Positions 37,505 through 48,079 of a stretch of 53,930 bases of DNA are shown in pieces. Origin of the DNA: an uncultured Clostridia bacterium (GTDB lineage Bacteria > Bacillota > Clostridia > Oscillospirales > CAG-272); contig CALWTU010000013.1 of assembly GCA_944384515.1 (NCBI GenBank), positions 1 through 53,930 on the forward strand, in the 5' to 3' direction. Position 1 is the first letter of the stretch; each line of letters begins with the position of its first letter. The position numbers and the translations under genes were made by a program. The notes beneath the pieces were generated by a model. The model ran no database searches. It worked only from the letters and a program-made list of their open reading frames with translations, and was not told the DNA's origin.

Positions 37505-38426
37505 ACGAATTTATATTGAAATAAGCAACATATGCAACCTTAACTGCTCTTTCTGTTCAAAAACAAAAAGAGAAAAAAGGTTAATGAGTATAGAGGAATT
37601 TGAAAAAGCCGCCTCGGCGGCGAGCGGATATACCAACAAGATAGCACTGCATGTCTTAGGCGAGCCGCTCCTGCACCCGGATCTGGGCGTTATACTCGAT
37701 ACGGCAAGGGCGTATTCTCTCAAAATTTCGCTCACGACAAACGGAACTCTCCTCAAAAGCAAAGGAGAACTCTTGCTCTCTCGCTGTGATGTATTCAAAA
37801 GAATAAACATATCCCTGCACTCGCTTGAGGCAAACACACAGCTCACAGAGTTTGAGAAATCTCTTGCAACATGCAGTGAAAAACAACGCACGCCCCCTGA
37901 CATATCGGATAAAATGCGGGAATATGTAAACGAGTGTGCGGACTTTGCAGAAAATAGTGCCAAGAGCGGTATATACACGGTTTTCCGTCTTTGGAACCTT
38001 GACAGCGACGAGGGTGTCGGCAGAAACAGCCAAAACAGCCTCATCGGCGAAATATTAAAATCAAGATATCCCGAGCCCCAGCAGGACAGATACTCCGGCT
38101 TCAGACTCGAGGAGAACACATTTCTTGAGTATGACGGGCTCTTCACCTGGCCGACAGACGCATCCGACACGGTGACAAACACACGTGGAAGCTGTCACGG
38201 TTTGTGCTCGCAGATTGCGATCCTTGCGGATCTGACGGTTGTTCCCTGCTGCCTTGACAGCAACGGAGAAATTCCGCTCGGAAACCTGAAGGATGACAGT
38301 CTTGAGAACATATTAAATTCGGCGAGAGCAAAAAATATAAAAGACGGTTTTAAAAGCGGAAACCTTGTTGAGCCGCTGTGTCGAAAATGCACATTCCGCA
38401 CTCGCTTTAAGACAAGAAACAACTGA
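37488..38426 (+). CDS. radical SAM enzyme with a SPASM/twitch-like Cys-rich C-terminal domain
   Basis: CNLNCSFC (CxxxCxxC) at residues 16-23 and GEPLLHPD. The C-terminus carries CHGLC...VPCC...CRKC. It starts at GTG, 17 nt inside udk. Confidence 0.8.
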   Translation: MKKQFKRIYIEISNICNLNCSFCSKTKREKRLMSIEEFEKAASAASGYTNKIALHVLGEPLLHPDLGVILDTARAYSLKISLTTNGTLLKSKGELLLSRCDVFKRINISLHSLEANTQLTEFEKSLATCSEKQRTPPDISDKMREYVNECADFAENSAKSGIYTVFRLWNLDSDEGVGRNSQNSLIGEILKSRYPEPQQDRYSGFRLEENTFLEYDGLFTWPTDASDTVTNTRGSCHGLCSQIAILADLTVVPCCLDSNGEIPLGNLKDDSLENILNSARAKNIKDGFKSGNLVEPLCRKCTFRTRFKTRNN

Positions 38427-38483
38427 TTACAGAAAACTTCTCTACATAAATTTCTGTACTGCCTTCCGTAAGACCGACGGCAA

Positions 38484-38526
38484 AGACAACCGACCGGTTT
38501 TCCCCGGTCGGTTGTCTCTTTATTTT
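38484..38526. terminator. strong intrinsic terminator closing the nucleoside block (partly bidirectional)
   Basis: 14-bp perfect stem AGACAACCGACCGG / CCGGTCGGTTGTCT followed by CTTTATTTT. Confidence 0.8.
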
Positions 38527-38614
38527 AAAACTGATTTTTGCTCAAAACGGCACAGCTCTCCATTTCGTATGTTCTTCCCTTCAAGACACATACGAACTTT
38601 TAAGCAGGCTGTAT

Positions 38615-38980
38615 TTACTCTTCTTCGCCGTGATTTTCCTTTTCTTTCTTCTCTGCGCCCAAAACCTCAAGCACCGCAAACACTATAACCGTGATAATTC
38701 TTATAACACTGACGATATTTGTCGCAATCTTATAAAACGTGTATGCATCCGACAGATAGTATCCGCTGAACATGTTTCCTATGTAGTTAAATATCATAAA
38801 GAATACTTCCGCCGCAAAGAAAGCAAGCACTACCCAAAGAGCAAGCTTGGTTGTCTTCTTAAGTCCCTCGTCCTTCGCCATTGTCAGCGAAAAGCAAGCA
38901 ACCACGGCAAAAGTAAGATACCCCGCAATAACACTTGCCCATACTGCGAGATTAAACAGCTTTTGTTCGATTTTTTTCAT
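38615..38980 (-). CDS. hypothetical integral membrane protein (121 aa, about 4 TM) with an acidic C-terminal tail
   Basis: The ORF shows clear hydrophobic periodicity, and GGAGGTG lies upstream of the ATG. I recognised no family. Confidence 0.55.
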   Translation of the reverse strand: MKKIEQKLFNLAVWASVIAGYLTFAVVACFSLTMAKDEGLKKTTKLALWVVLAFFAAEVFFMIFNYIGNMFSGYYLSDAYTFYKIATNIVSVIRIITVIVFAVLEVLGAEKKEKENHGEEE

Positions 38981-39228
38981 AATATAAACACCTCCATTTG
39001 TTGATTTTTCTCAAAATAATAAATGTTTGCCGCTTATAATCTCACCTACATTTTAACACAAATTTCGGATATTGCAATATTAATTAGCAAAATAATTCCA
39101 AAAACTGCAAATTTCACCGGTTTTATTTAAAAACATGCACATAAAAATGTGAGGAATTATTCGGATATCTATTGATTTTTACACACTCTTGTGGTACCAT
39201 ATAAATATATATTACTTTAGGAGGGCGC

Positions 39229-39513
39229 ATGTACTATAAATTCGTCAGCGGTATATACGCTTTGAACATTATAATACAGGGGCTGTTTAATCTTGTTACT
39301 CCTCCGATTTTATTTTTCTTTATAGCCTTCCTTTCAGTAAAAAAATTGGGTGCGCCGGAGTGGATTTATGTTATTGCAATAGTCATAGGCTTTATCATCG
39401 GAATTATCTGTATGATAAAATTTATTATCGTTGCAATGAACAATCTTGAAAGGCTTGATAAAATACAAAAATCAGAGAAAAATAATAGAAGGAATAAAGG
39501 TAATGGACAATAA
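39229..39513 (+). CDS. AtpZ/AtpI-like small membrane protein preceding the atp operon
   Basis: Two TM helices, first position in the atp operon, and an AGGAGG SD. Confidence 0.5.
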   Translation: MYYKFVSGIYALNIIIQGLFNLVTPPILFFFIAFLSVKKLGAPEWIYVIAIVIGFIIGIICMIKFIIVAMNNLERLDKIQKSEKNNRRNKGNGQ

Positions 39514-39961
39514 TAAAAAACTGCCGTATATTGAAACGCTGTATATTTTCATCGGAGAACTTATTGTTTCAGCGCTTGTGTGCATAGGTTTTCTCATCTT
39601 TAAACGGTTTGACTATAAGGTTCTCACCGGCGCACTGCTCGGCAGTGCCGTTACAACACTGAATTTTCTCTTCCTCGCGGTTTCAACAACCCGTGCTTTT
39701 GACAGAGCCCTCTGTGAGAGGGGGACAGACGAGATGTCGGAAGAGGAGGCGGATAAATTCGCCGCAGAACACAAGGCGGCACTCAGTAATGCGGTAAAAA
39801 TCTCATTTATCCTCAGAACAGTCACTATGCTGCTCGCTCTTGTACTGGCATTTTTGTCTGATTTTTTCAATGTTATAAGCACCCTGATACCGCTTCTCAT
39901 GCTGCGCCCCATTATCACCGTTGAGGCGCTGATAAGGAACAGAAAAAATAAGGAGATTTGA
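39503..39961 (+). CDS. atpI: ATP synthase protein I
   Basis: About 150-aa hydrophobic protein directly upstream of atpB. Start set to ATG 39503. Confidence 0.65.
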   Translation: MDNNKKLPYIETLYIFIGELIVSALVCIGFLIFKRFDYKVLTGALLGSAVTTLNFLFLAVSTTRAFDRALCERGTDEMSEEEADKFAAEHKAALSNAVKISFILRTVTMLLALVLAFLSDFFNVISTLIPLLMLRPIITVEALIRNRKNKEI

Positions 39962-39964
39962 CAG

Positions 39965-40756
39965 ATGGACATCTCGATCAGCGGACCTAAAGTCTACTTT
40001 GCAATCCACACCCCATGGTTCAGCATAAATATTACACAGACCACATTTACTCTGCTGTTTGTTTCCCTGGCAGTAATTATTACCGCTTATTTTCTCACAA
40101 GAAAGCTTGACAAAAGAAAACCGAAAGGCCTTCAGATAGTTGTGGAAAAGGCAGTCGGAATGCTCTATAACCTTGTTGAGAGCACAATGGGAAAGCATAA
40201 TATAAGGTTTGCCCCGTATATCGGAACTCTGTTTATCTCCTCGGTATGCTGTACCCTTATAGGAATGACGGGACTGTTCCGCTCCGCAACGGCAGATCTG
40301 TCAGTTACTCTGGCATGGGCGCTTGCCACTACCGCAATCGTCTGGTACTCAAAAATCAAAAACTTCGGTCTCAAGGGCTTTCTTAAAGGATTTACCGAGC
40401 CTGTTGTAGTTATGACGCCGATGAATATCGTGAGCGAGATAGCTCAGCCGCTGTCAATGGCGTTCCGTCATTTCGGAAACGTGGCGGGCGGCTCGGTTCT
40501 CACAACTCTTATCTACGCCGCCCTCTCACTTCTCTCCCACGCAGTATTCTCATGGCTGCCCGAGGCTATCGCCGCTTGCATGCCGCCGATTTTTACAGCC
40601 GGTCTGCCAGCCGTTATGTCTATATATTTCGATCTGTTCTCGGGATTTGTACAGGCGTTTGTATTCTCTCTTCTGACCATGATTTATATCGGAGAGGCAA
40701 ATCCGCCCCCGCTTGAAGAAAAAAACGAGAGCAAAAAAGAAGAAAAATCAAACTAA
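39965..40756 (+). CDS. atpB: F0F1 ATP synthase subunit a
   Basis: Conserved Arg region LSMAFRHFGNVAGG. Multi-TM protein. Confidence 0.92.
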   Translation: MDISISGPKVYFAIHTPWFSINITQTTFTLLFVSLAVIITAYFLTRKLDKRKPKGLQIVVEKAVGMLYNLVESTMGKHNIRFAPYIGTLFISSVCCTLIGMTGLFRSATADLSVTLAWALATTAIVWYSKIKNFGLKGFLKGFTEPVVVMTPMNIVSEIAQPLSMAFRHFGNVAGGSVLTTLIYAALSLLSHAVFSWLPEAIAACMPPIFTAGLPAVMSIYFDLFSGFVQAFVFSLLTMIYIGEANPPPLEEKNESKKEEKSN

Positions 40757-40901
40757 TCAATTTAACAAAACTAATCATTTTAATTAATCTAATCAATACA
40801 ACCAAACTGAACAAAATTAAAAAAGTTTATAATTTCAGACCTTCATAAAGCTTTATGAAGTCTCTGTTACATATAAAAATAAAATTTCGGAGGAAAAGAA
40901 A

Positions 40902-41165
40902 ATGAATGAATTAACAGGTTTGACAGGTTCTATCGAGGTTGCGGCAAGAGCGCTTGGCGCAGGTTTGTGTATGGGTATCGGTGCTATCGGTCCCGCTGTA
41001 GGTGAAGGTAATGCCGTAGGTAAGGCGCTTGAGGCAATGGCAAGACAGCCCGAGATGGCAGGTCAGCTGCGTACAAATATGATTTTAGGTTGTGCTATCA
41101 CCGAGACAACAGGTATTTATTCTCTTGTTATTTCTCTTCTTCTGATATTTATCAAGCTTAAATAA
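40902..41165 (+). CDS. atpE: F0F1 ATP synthase subunit c
   Basis: Hairpin proteolipid with GAIGPAVGEG, the loop ARQPE, and the ion-site helix AITETTGIY. Confidence 0.92.
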   Translation: MNELTGLTGSIEVAARALGAGLCMGIGAIGPAVGEGNAVGKALEAMARQPEMAGQLRTNMILGCAITETTGIYSLVISLLLIFIKLK

Positions 41166-41219
41166 TCCGAGAAATTTTAAGGGTATTACAACCTATCTTT
41201 AAATGAAAGGTATCAGCAA

Positions 41220-41756
41220 ATGGGTTTTGAAGTCTTTTTAGATAAATTTGAATCATTTGTCGGGGTTAATTTCTGGACAATGATTTTTGCCTGGTGCAAC
41301 CTTATCATTCTCTATTTTGTACTGAGAAAACTGCTCTTCAAGCCGGTGAAAAAAATGATTGACTCACGGCAGGAGGAAATCGACGGTATGTATTACGCCG
41401 CTCAAAAAGACAAAGACGACGCAGAGGTTATGAAAAAAGAGTACACGGAAAAGCTCAAGGTCGCAAATGAGGAGAGTGAACAGATCCTCAAAAACGCACA
41501 GCGCAAAGCGCAGCTGCGTGAAGAAGAGATACTGAAGGAAGCAAATGTCAAGGCGGCACGCACCCTTGAGAGGGCAAGAGAAGAAGTGGAGCTCGAGAAG
41601 AAACGCGCCGTAAATGAAGTCAAGGACAGCGTTTCGGATCTGGCTATAAGTATTGCAAGCAAGGTCATCGAGCGTGATATAAACCGTGAGGAACACGAGA
41701 AGTTGATTGACGAGTTCATCAGTTCTATGGGTGAAGAAAATGACACAGAAAAGTGA
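41220..41756 (+). CDS. atpF: F0F1 ATP synthase subunit b
   Basis: N-terminal TM helix followed by a long charged helix, in operon position. Confidence 0.9.
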   Translation: MGFEVFLDKFESFVGVNFWTMIFAWCNLIILYFVLRKLLFKPVKKMIDSRQEEIDGMYYAAQKDKDDAEVMKKEYTEKLKVANEESEQILKNAQRKAQLREEEILKEANVKAARTLERAREEVELEKKRAVNEVKDSVSDLAISIASKVIERDINREEHEKLIDEFISSMGEENDTEK

Positions 41757-42273
41757 ATACGGCAAGGCTATCTTCGATTTGGCAAAAGAGTTGAACCGTG
41801 TAGAGATAATTGAGAGAGATTTGGAATTTTTAGACACAGTTCTCTCAGAAAATCCCGACTACAAGATGCTCCTTGACACACCGAGTATTCCCACCGAGGA
41901 GAAACTGAAGCTTATATCCGAGGCGTTCTCTGATATTGACGAGTATGTTTTAAATCTCTTTAAAATAATCTGTGAGAGAAAACTTGTACACACATTTCCC
42001 GAGATATACAAAACATTCGTCGAACTTAAAGAAGAGGCATACGGAATCATAAGAGTGGAATGCGAGAGTTGTATTGAACTGAGCAAGAAGCAGACGGAGA
42101 GAATTATCAAAAAACTCGAGTCTGCCACGGGTAAAACGGTTATACTGAAAAATATTGTCTCACCCGAGATACTCGGAGGAATAAAACTCAGGTATATGGG
42201 AAAGCAGCTTGACGGCTCTCTTGCGACACGCCTTGGAAAAATCGAAGAGGCACTCAAAAATGTAATAATGTAA
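41740..42273 (+). CDS. atpH: F0F1 ATP synthase subunit delta
   Basis: OSCP-like sequence in operon position. Start set to ATG 41740. Confidence 0.85.
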   Translation: MTQKSEYGKAIFDLAKELNRVEIIERDLEFLDTVLSENPDYKMLLDTPSIPTEEKLKLISEAFSDIDEYVLNLFKIICERKLVHTFPEIYKTFVELKEEAYGIIRVECESCIELSKKQTERIIKKLESATGKTVILKNIVSPEILGGIKLRYMGKQLDGSLATRLGKIEEALKNVIM

Positions 42274-42310
42274 GCTAAATGTAATGTACTAATGTAAAGT
42301 TGGTGATAAA

Positions 42311-43825
42311 ATGCAGTCTAAGATTGATGAGATAAGCAAAATAATTAAAGAGCAGATAAAAAACTACCACTCTGCCACACAGCAGGACGAGATAGGATAT
42401 GTTATCTCCGTCGGAGACGGAATATCCAAGGTGCACGGACTTCAGAAGTGCAAATCCAACGAACTGCTTGAGTTTCAGAACGGAACGTACGGAATGGCTC
42501 TCAACCTCGAGGAAAACTCAGTCAGCGCCGTACTGCTCGGAAACGATGTCGGCATCTCGGAGGGCGGTCTCGTTAAGCGTACGGGCAAGGTTGTATCCGT
42601 CCCTGTCGGAGAAAAACTCATCGGCCGTGTTGTAAACGCACTCGGTGAGCCGATAGATTCAAAAGGTCCGATTGAGCCTGAAGGATACAGTCCGATAGAG
42701 CGCAAGGCGTACGGAATTATTGAGAGAAAATCAGTATCCGTACCTCTTCAGACAGGTATCAAGGCAATTGACTCTATTATTCCGATAGGAAGAGGTCAGA
42801 GAGAGCTTATCATAGGTGATAAGCAGACAGGTAAGACAGTAATTGCGACAGATACAATTATAAACCAAAAGGGCAAGAATGTTATATGCATATATGTTGC
42901 CATCGGTCAGAAGCAGTCGACCGTTAAAAATGTAGTTGACACGCTTTACAAAAACGGCGCTATGGATTATACCATAGTGGTTTCGGCAACAGCGGCAGAC
43001 TCCGCACCGTTGCAGTATATTGCGCCGTACAGCGGCTGTGCAATGGGAGAATATTTTATGGAGCGCGGCCGTGATGTGCTGATTATATACGACGACCTCT
43101 CAAAGCACGCTGTGGCATACAGAGCGCTCTCCCTGCTTATCAGAAGACCGCCGGGCCGTGAGGCATATCCCGGTGATGTATTCTACCTGCACTCAAGACT
43201 GCTTGAGAGAGCGGCAAAACTTGCCCCCGAATACGGAGGCGGCTCGCTCACTGCCCTGCCCATTATCGAGACGCAGGCAGGTGATGTATCGGCATATATT
43301 CCCACTAATGTAATTTCAATAACAGACGGTCAGATATTCCTTGAGACTGAGCTCTTCCACTCAGGCGTAAGACCTGCTGTAAACCCCGGCATCTCGGTAT
43401 CGAGAGTCGGCGGAAACGCACAGATCAAGGCAATGAAAAAAGTTGCGGGAACACTTAAACTCCTCTACTCTCAGTACAGAGAACTTCAGGGCTTTGCACA
43501 GTTCGGCTCAGATCTTGACGCCGACACGAAAGCAAGACTCGAACAGGGCGAGAGAATCGTCGAGGTGCTCAAGCAGGACAGAAATTCCCCCGTCAAGGTG
43601 GAACTTCAGGTCGCAATAATTTGTGCGGTCGTAAATAATCTTTTAAAAGATGTCCCGACTGGTGAAATCAAGAATTTTGAGAAAGAGTTGTTTTTGTATC
43701 TTGAGTCGACAAAGAGCGAGCTTATGGATGAGATACGCACATCGGGAGATCTGACGGCAGAATCTGCCGAGCAGCTCAAGGAGGCTATCCTCGCTGCCAA
43801 AGAGAAATTCCTCACAAAAGTTTAA
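42311..43825 (+). CDS. atpA: F0F1 ATP synthase subunit alpha
   Basis: Walker A GDKQTGKT. 504 aa. Confidence 0.95.
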   Translation: MQSKIDEISKIIKEQIKNYHSATQQDEIGYVISVGDGISKVHGLQKCKSNELLEFQNGTYGMALNLEENSVSAVLLGNDVGISEGGLVKRTGKVVSVPVGEKLIGRVVNALGEPIDSKGPIEPEGYSPIERKAYGIIERKSVSVPLQTGIKAIDSIIPIGRGQRELIIGDKQTGKTVIATDTIINQKGKNVICIYVAIGQKQSTVKNVVDTLYKNGAMDYTIVVSATAADSAPLQYIAPYSGCAMGEYFMERGRDVLIIYDDLSKHAVAYRALSLLIRRPPGREAYPGDVFYLHSRLLERAAKLAPEYGGGSLTALPIIETQAGDVSAYIPTNVISITDGQIFLETELFHSGVRPAVNPGISVSRVGGNAQIKAMKKVAGTLKLLYSQYRELQGFAQFGSDLDADTKARLEQGERIVEVLKQDRNSPVKVELQVAIICAVVNNLLKDVPTGEIKNFEKELFLYLESTKSELMDEIRTSGDLTAESAEQLKEAILAAKEKFLTKV

Positions 43826-43846
43826 TTTCAAAGGCAGGATATTTTT

Positions 43847-44701
43847 ATGGCAGGAGCATCAATGAATGATATAAAGGCGCGGATAAAAAGCGTAAAGGGC
43901 ACCATGCAGATAACCAAGGCTATGGAGCTTGTTGCGTCCTCAAAACTACGCCGTGCCAAAGAAAAAGCGGAGAAAAACCGTCCTTATTTCAATGTTCTGA
44001 ATGAGGCAATCTCAAATCTTGAGTCTTACCCGGATGTGAAGGGCTCTGTGTGGAGCGCCGAGGCGGACGAAAATAATAGGGTTTTATATATTGTCATTGC
44101 AGGAGACCGCGGGCTTGCCGGAGGATATAACGCAAATATATTCAGGCTCTTTACCTCTCTCAAAAAGAACGATAACATAACCGTTCTTCCGATAGGCAAA
44201 AAGGCGTATGAATACTTCAGACACAGAAATTATCCCCTCTTTACCACCGACTTAACCGAAGTGGGAGATGTAAGTGTAGGATATGCTCATGCCATTGCGT
44301 ATACCGTAGCAGAGGAATATGAGAGGGGCGAATACGGCAGTGTTGTTATCATATACACAAAATTTGTCTCAATGCTCACCCAAAACGCTGTCAGTGACAA
44401 AATATTGCCCCTGTCGGCAGAGCATAAAGAAAACGGCACGGCATCTGCTGACGTCCTGTATGAGGGTGAGATTGATGAAATCATGAGAAAAATAATTCCT
44501 CAGTATATTGCAGGCATAATACACTCTGCTGTCTGTGATTCGCTTGCCGCAGAGTCTGCCGCAAGGCGCAGCGCAATGAATGCGGCAAACAAAAACGCAG
44601 GTGAGATAGTTGACAGTCTGATGCTTAAGTACAACAGAGCAAGACAGGCAATTATCACGCAGGAGATCACCGAAATTGTATCCGGGGCAGAGGCCCTCTA
44701 A
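43847..44701 (+). CDS. atpG: F0F1 ATP synthase subunit gamma
   Basis: IKARIKSVKGTMQITKAMELVA and C-terminal ITQEITEIVSGAEAL. Confidence 0.93.
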   Translation: MAGASMNDIKARIKSVKGTMQITKAMELVASSKLRRAKEKAEKNRPYFNVLNEAISNLESYPDVKGSVWSAEADENNRVLYIVIAGDRGLAGGYNANIFRLFTSLKKNDNITVLPIGKKAYEYFRHRNYPLFTTDLTEVGDVSVGYAHAIAYTVAEEYERGEYGSVVIIYTKFVSMLTQNAVSDKILPLSAEHKENGTASADVLYEGEIDEIMRKIIPQYIAGIIHSAVCDSLAAESAARRSAMNAANKNAGEIVDSLMLKYNRARQAIITQEITEIVSGAEAL

Positions 44702-46129
<1,428 letters not shown>

Positions 46130-46130
46130 T

Positions 46131-46547
46131 ATGGCAGAGTTTCATCTACAAATAGTGACTCCCGACGGTTTGGTTTTTGACGGAAATGCCACGGGCATTA
46201 CGGTAAATACCGATCAGGGCGAGGTAGGTATACTCGCCCGTCATGCAGATTTTTTTGCACCGGTATCTACGGGGCGGGCTTTTATCAGGACCGATGACGA
46301 CGCCCTTCGCAATTACTCCGGGCTTGCCTCGGTGTCAGGCGGTTTTATATCCGTAAAGGGCGGAGAGGTAAAGCTTGTTGCAACTACATTTGAATTCCGC
46401 GAGGATATCGATATAGAAAGAGCGAGAAAAGCAAAAGAAAACGCCGAGAATAAACTGAGAAACGCCACCGACGACAAAACCGTGAGAATTCTGAATGCCA
46501 AACTTGCCCGTGCACTTAACAGAATAAATATATGGCAAAAGGACTGA
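46131..46547 (+). CDS. atpC: F0F1 ATP synthase subunit epsilon
   Basis: LQIVTPDG N-terminus, helical C-terminus, in operon position. Confidence 0.92.
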   Translation: MAEFHLQIVTPDGLVFDGNATGITVNTDQGEVGILARHADFFAPVSTGRAFIRTDDDALRNYSGLASVSGGFISVKGGEVKLVATTFEFREDIDIERARKAKENAENKLRNATDDKTVRILNAKLARALNRINIWQKD

Positions 46548-46549
46548 AT

Positions 46550-47776
46550 ATGAGAGCGTACGAAAGATTTATAACCTATGCTGAATATCCGACAATGTCG
46601 GATGCGACAAAGGACTGCTGTCCGAGTACAAAAGGTCAGCTTGTGCTTGCAAATCTCTTGAAGGATGAGCTCATTGAACTCGGACTTACAGACGCCCGTG
46701 TTGACAAAAACGGTTATGTTTATGCTCATCTTGAGAAAAATTGTGATGGGGATGTCAATGACATTGGCTTCATTGCTCATATGGACACATCAAGCGATGC
46801 GCCTGACAAAAACATCAAACCGAAAATCCACGAATACAACGGCGGAGATATTATACTCAGTGAAAAGGATAATATAATTCTCTCCCCGAAAGAATATCCC
46901 TCTCTTGAAAGCTATATAGGTCAGCACCTTATAACATCCGACGGAAAAACACTTATCGGAGCTGACGACAAGGCGGGAATTGCGGAGATAATGACCGCCC
47001 TTGAAAAGCTCATAAACAGCGATATAAAGCACGGTAAAATCTCTGTTGCCTTTACCCCGGATGAGGAAATAGGCAGAGGTGCGGATCTGTTTGATGTTGC
47101 GCACTTCGGCGCAGACTATGCGTACACCGTTGACGGAGGTGCAATCGGAGAGATCGAATACGAAAACTTCAACGCTGCCTCAGCAAAGGTAACCGTACAG
47201 GGTATCTCAATCCATCCCGGCTCTGCAAAAAATAAGATGAAAAACGCCTCCAAAATCGCATTTGAGTTTAATCGTATGCTCCCGAGATATGAAACGCCCG
47301 AGCACACAGAGGGATATGAAGGCTTCTATCATCTGACGGATATGAGCGGTCATATAGAATTTGCCGAGCTTAACTATATCATAAGAGACCATGACATGAA
47401 CTCTTTCACCGACAGGAAGGAATGCTTTGAGCGCTGTGCCCGTGCAATCAACGAGGAATACGGAGAAGGCACACTGACAGTTGATATCAAGGATTCCTAC
47501 TATAACATGAAGGAGAAAATTCTCCCCTGCATGCACATCATTGACAGAGCAAAGGCGGCAATGGAACAGTCCGGAATAAAACCGATTGTCATCCCGATAA
47601 GAGGCGGAACAGACGGTGCGAGACTGTCATTTATGGGACTGCCCTGCCCCAACCTCTCCACCGGAGGCGAAAACTTCCACTCAAGATTTGAGTTTGTGTC
47701 TGTCGAGGCTATGGAAAAGATGTCGGACATTATTCTCAAGATTATTGAGAATGTTGCAAAAGAGCCTAAAATGTAA
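46550..47776 (+). CDS. pepT: peptidase T (tripeptide aminopeptidase, M20B)
   Basis: RFITYAEY, AHMDTS, GADDKAG, IPIRGGTDGA. Start set to ATG 46550. Confidence 0.9.
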   Translation: MRAYERFITYAEYPTMSDATKDCCPSTKGQLVLANLLKDELIELGLTDARVDKNGYVYAHLEKNCDGDVNDIGFIAHMDTSSDAPDKNIKPKIHEYNGGDIILSEKDNIILSPKEYPSLESYIGQHLITSDGKTLIGADDKAGIAEIMTALEKLINSDIKHGKISVAFTPDEEIGRGADLFDVAHFGADYAYTVDGGAIGEIEYENFNAASAKVTVQGISIHPGSAKNKMKNASKIAFEFNRMLPRYETPEHTEGYEGFYHLTDMSGHIEFAELNYIIRDHDMNSFTDRKECFERCARAINEEYGEGTLTVDIKDSYYNMKEKILPCMHIIDRAKAAMEQSGIKPIVIPIRGGTDGARLSFMGLPCPNLSTGGENFHSRFEFVSVEAMEKMSDIILKIIENVAKEPKM

Positions 47777-47907
47777 CAGATAAATTTTCGGAATAATAAA
47801 TTCATCCGAGAATTTTAAGTTAAAGATTTTCCTCAAATTTTTAAATATATCTTCAGAGAGCTTTTAAACTTCGGGAGCAATAAATTCCCGAGAGCTTTTT
47901 AAGCCAA

Positions 47908-47951
47908 AACACCCGAGGATTGCGTATTCCGCAATTCCCGGGTGTTTTTTT
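47908..47951 (+). terminator. intrinsic terminator after pepT
   Basis: ACACCCG..ATTGCG / CGCAAT..CGGGTGT stem followed by TTTTTTT. Confidence 0.75.
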
Positions 47952-48079
47952 GATGTATTGATTACAAGTCAAAAGAGAAAATTCCTCTTGGCTTTTGAAA
48001 GCTTTAAACCGTCAATTCTGAAATATATACATCTGAATAAGCGGCACTCTCTCAATAATAAGCTTAGGTTATCTCTGCG

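Noticed and set aside
37488-38426. The radical SAM gene next to a nucleoside kinase, considered as a prokaryotic viperin (pVip) defence gene.
   Set aside because: The C-terminus is a multi-Cys SPASM/twitch-type region rather than the viperin C-terminal extension. The context is housekeeping salvage, not a defence island. I kept it as a finding of unknown function instead.
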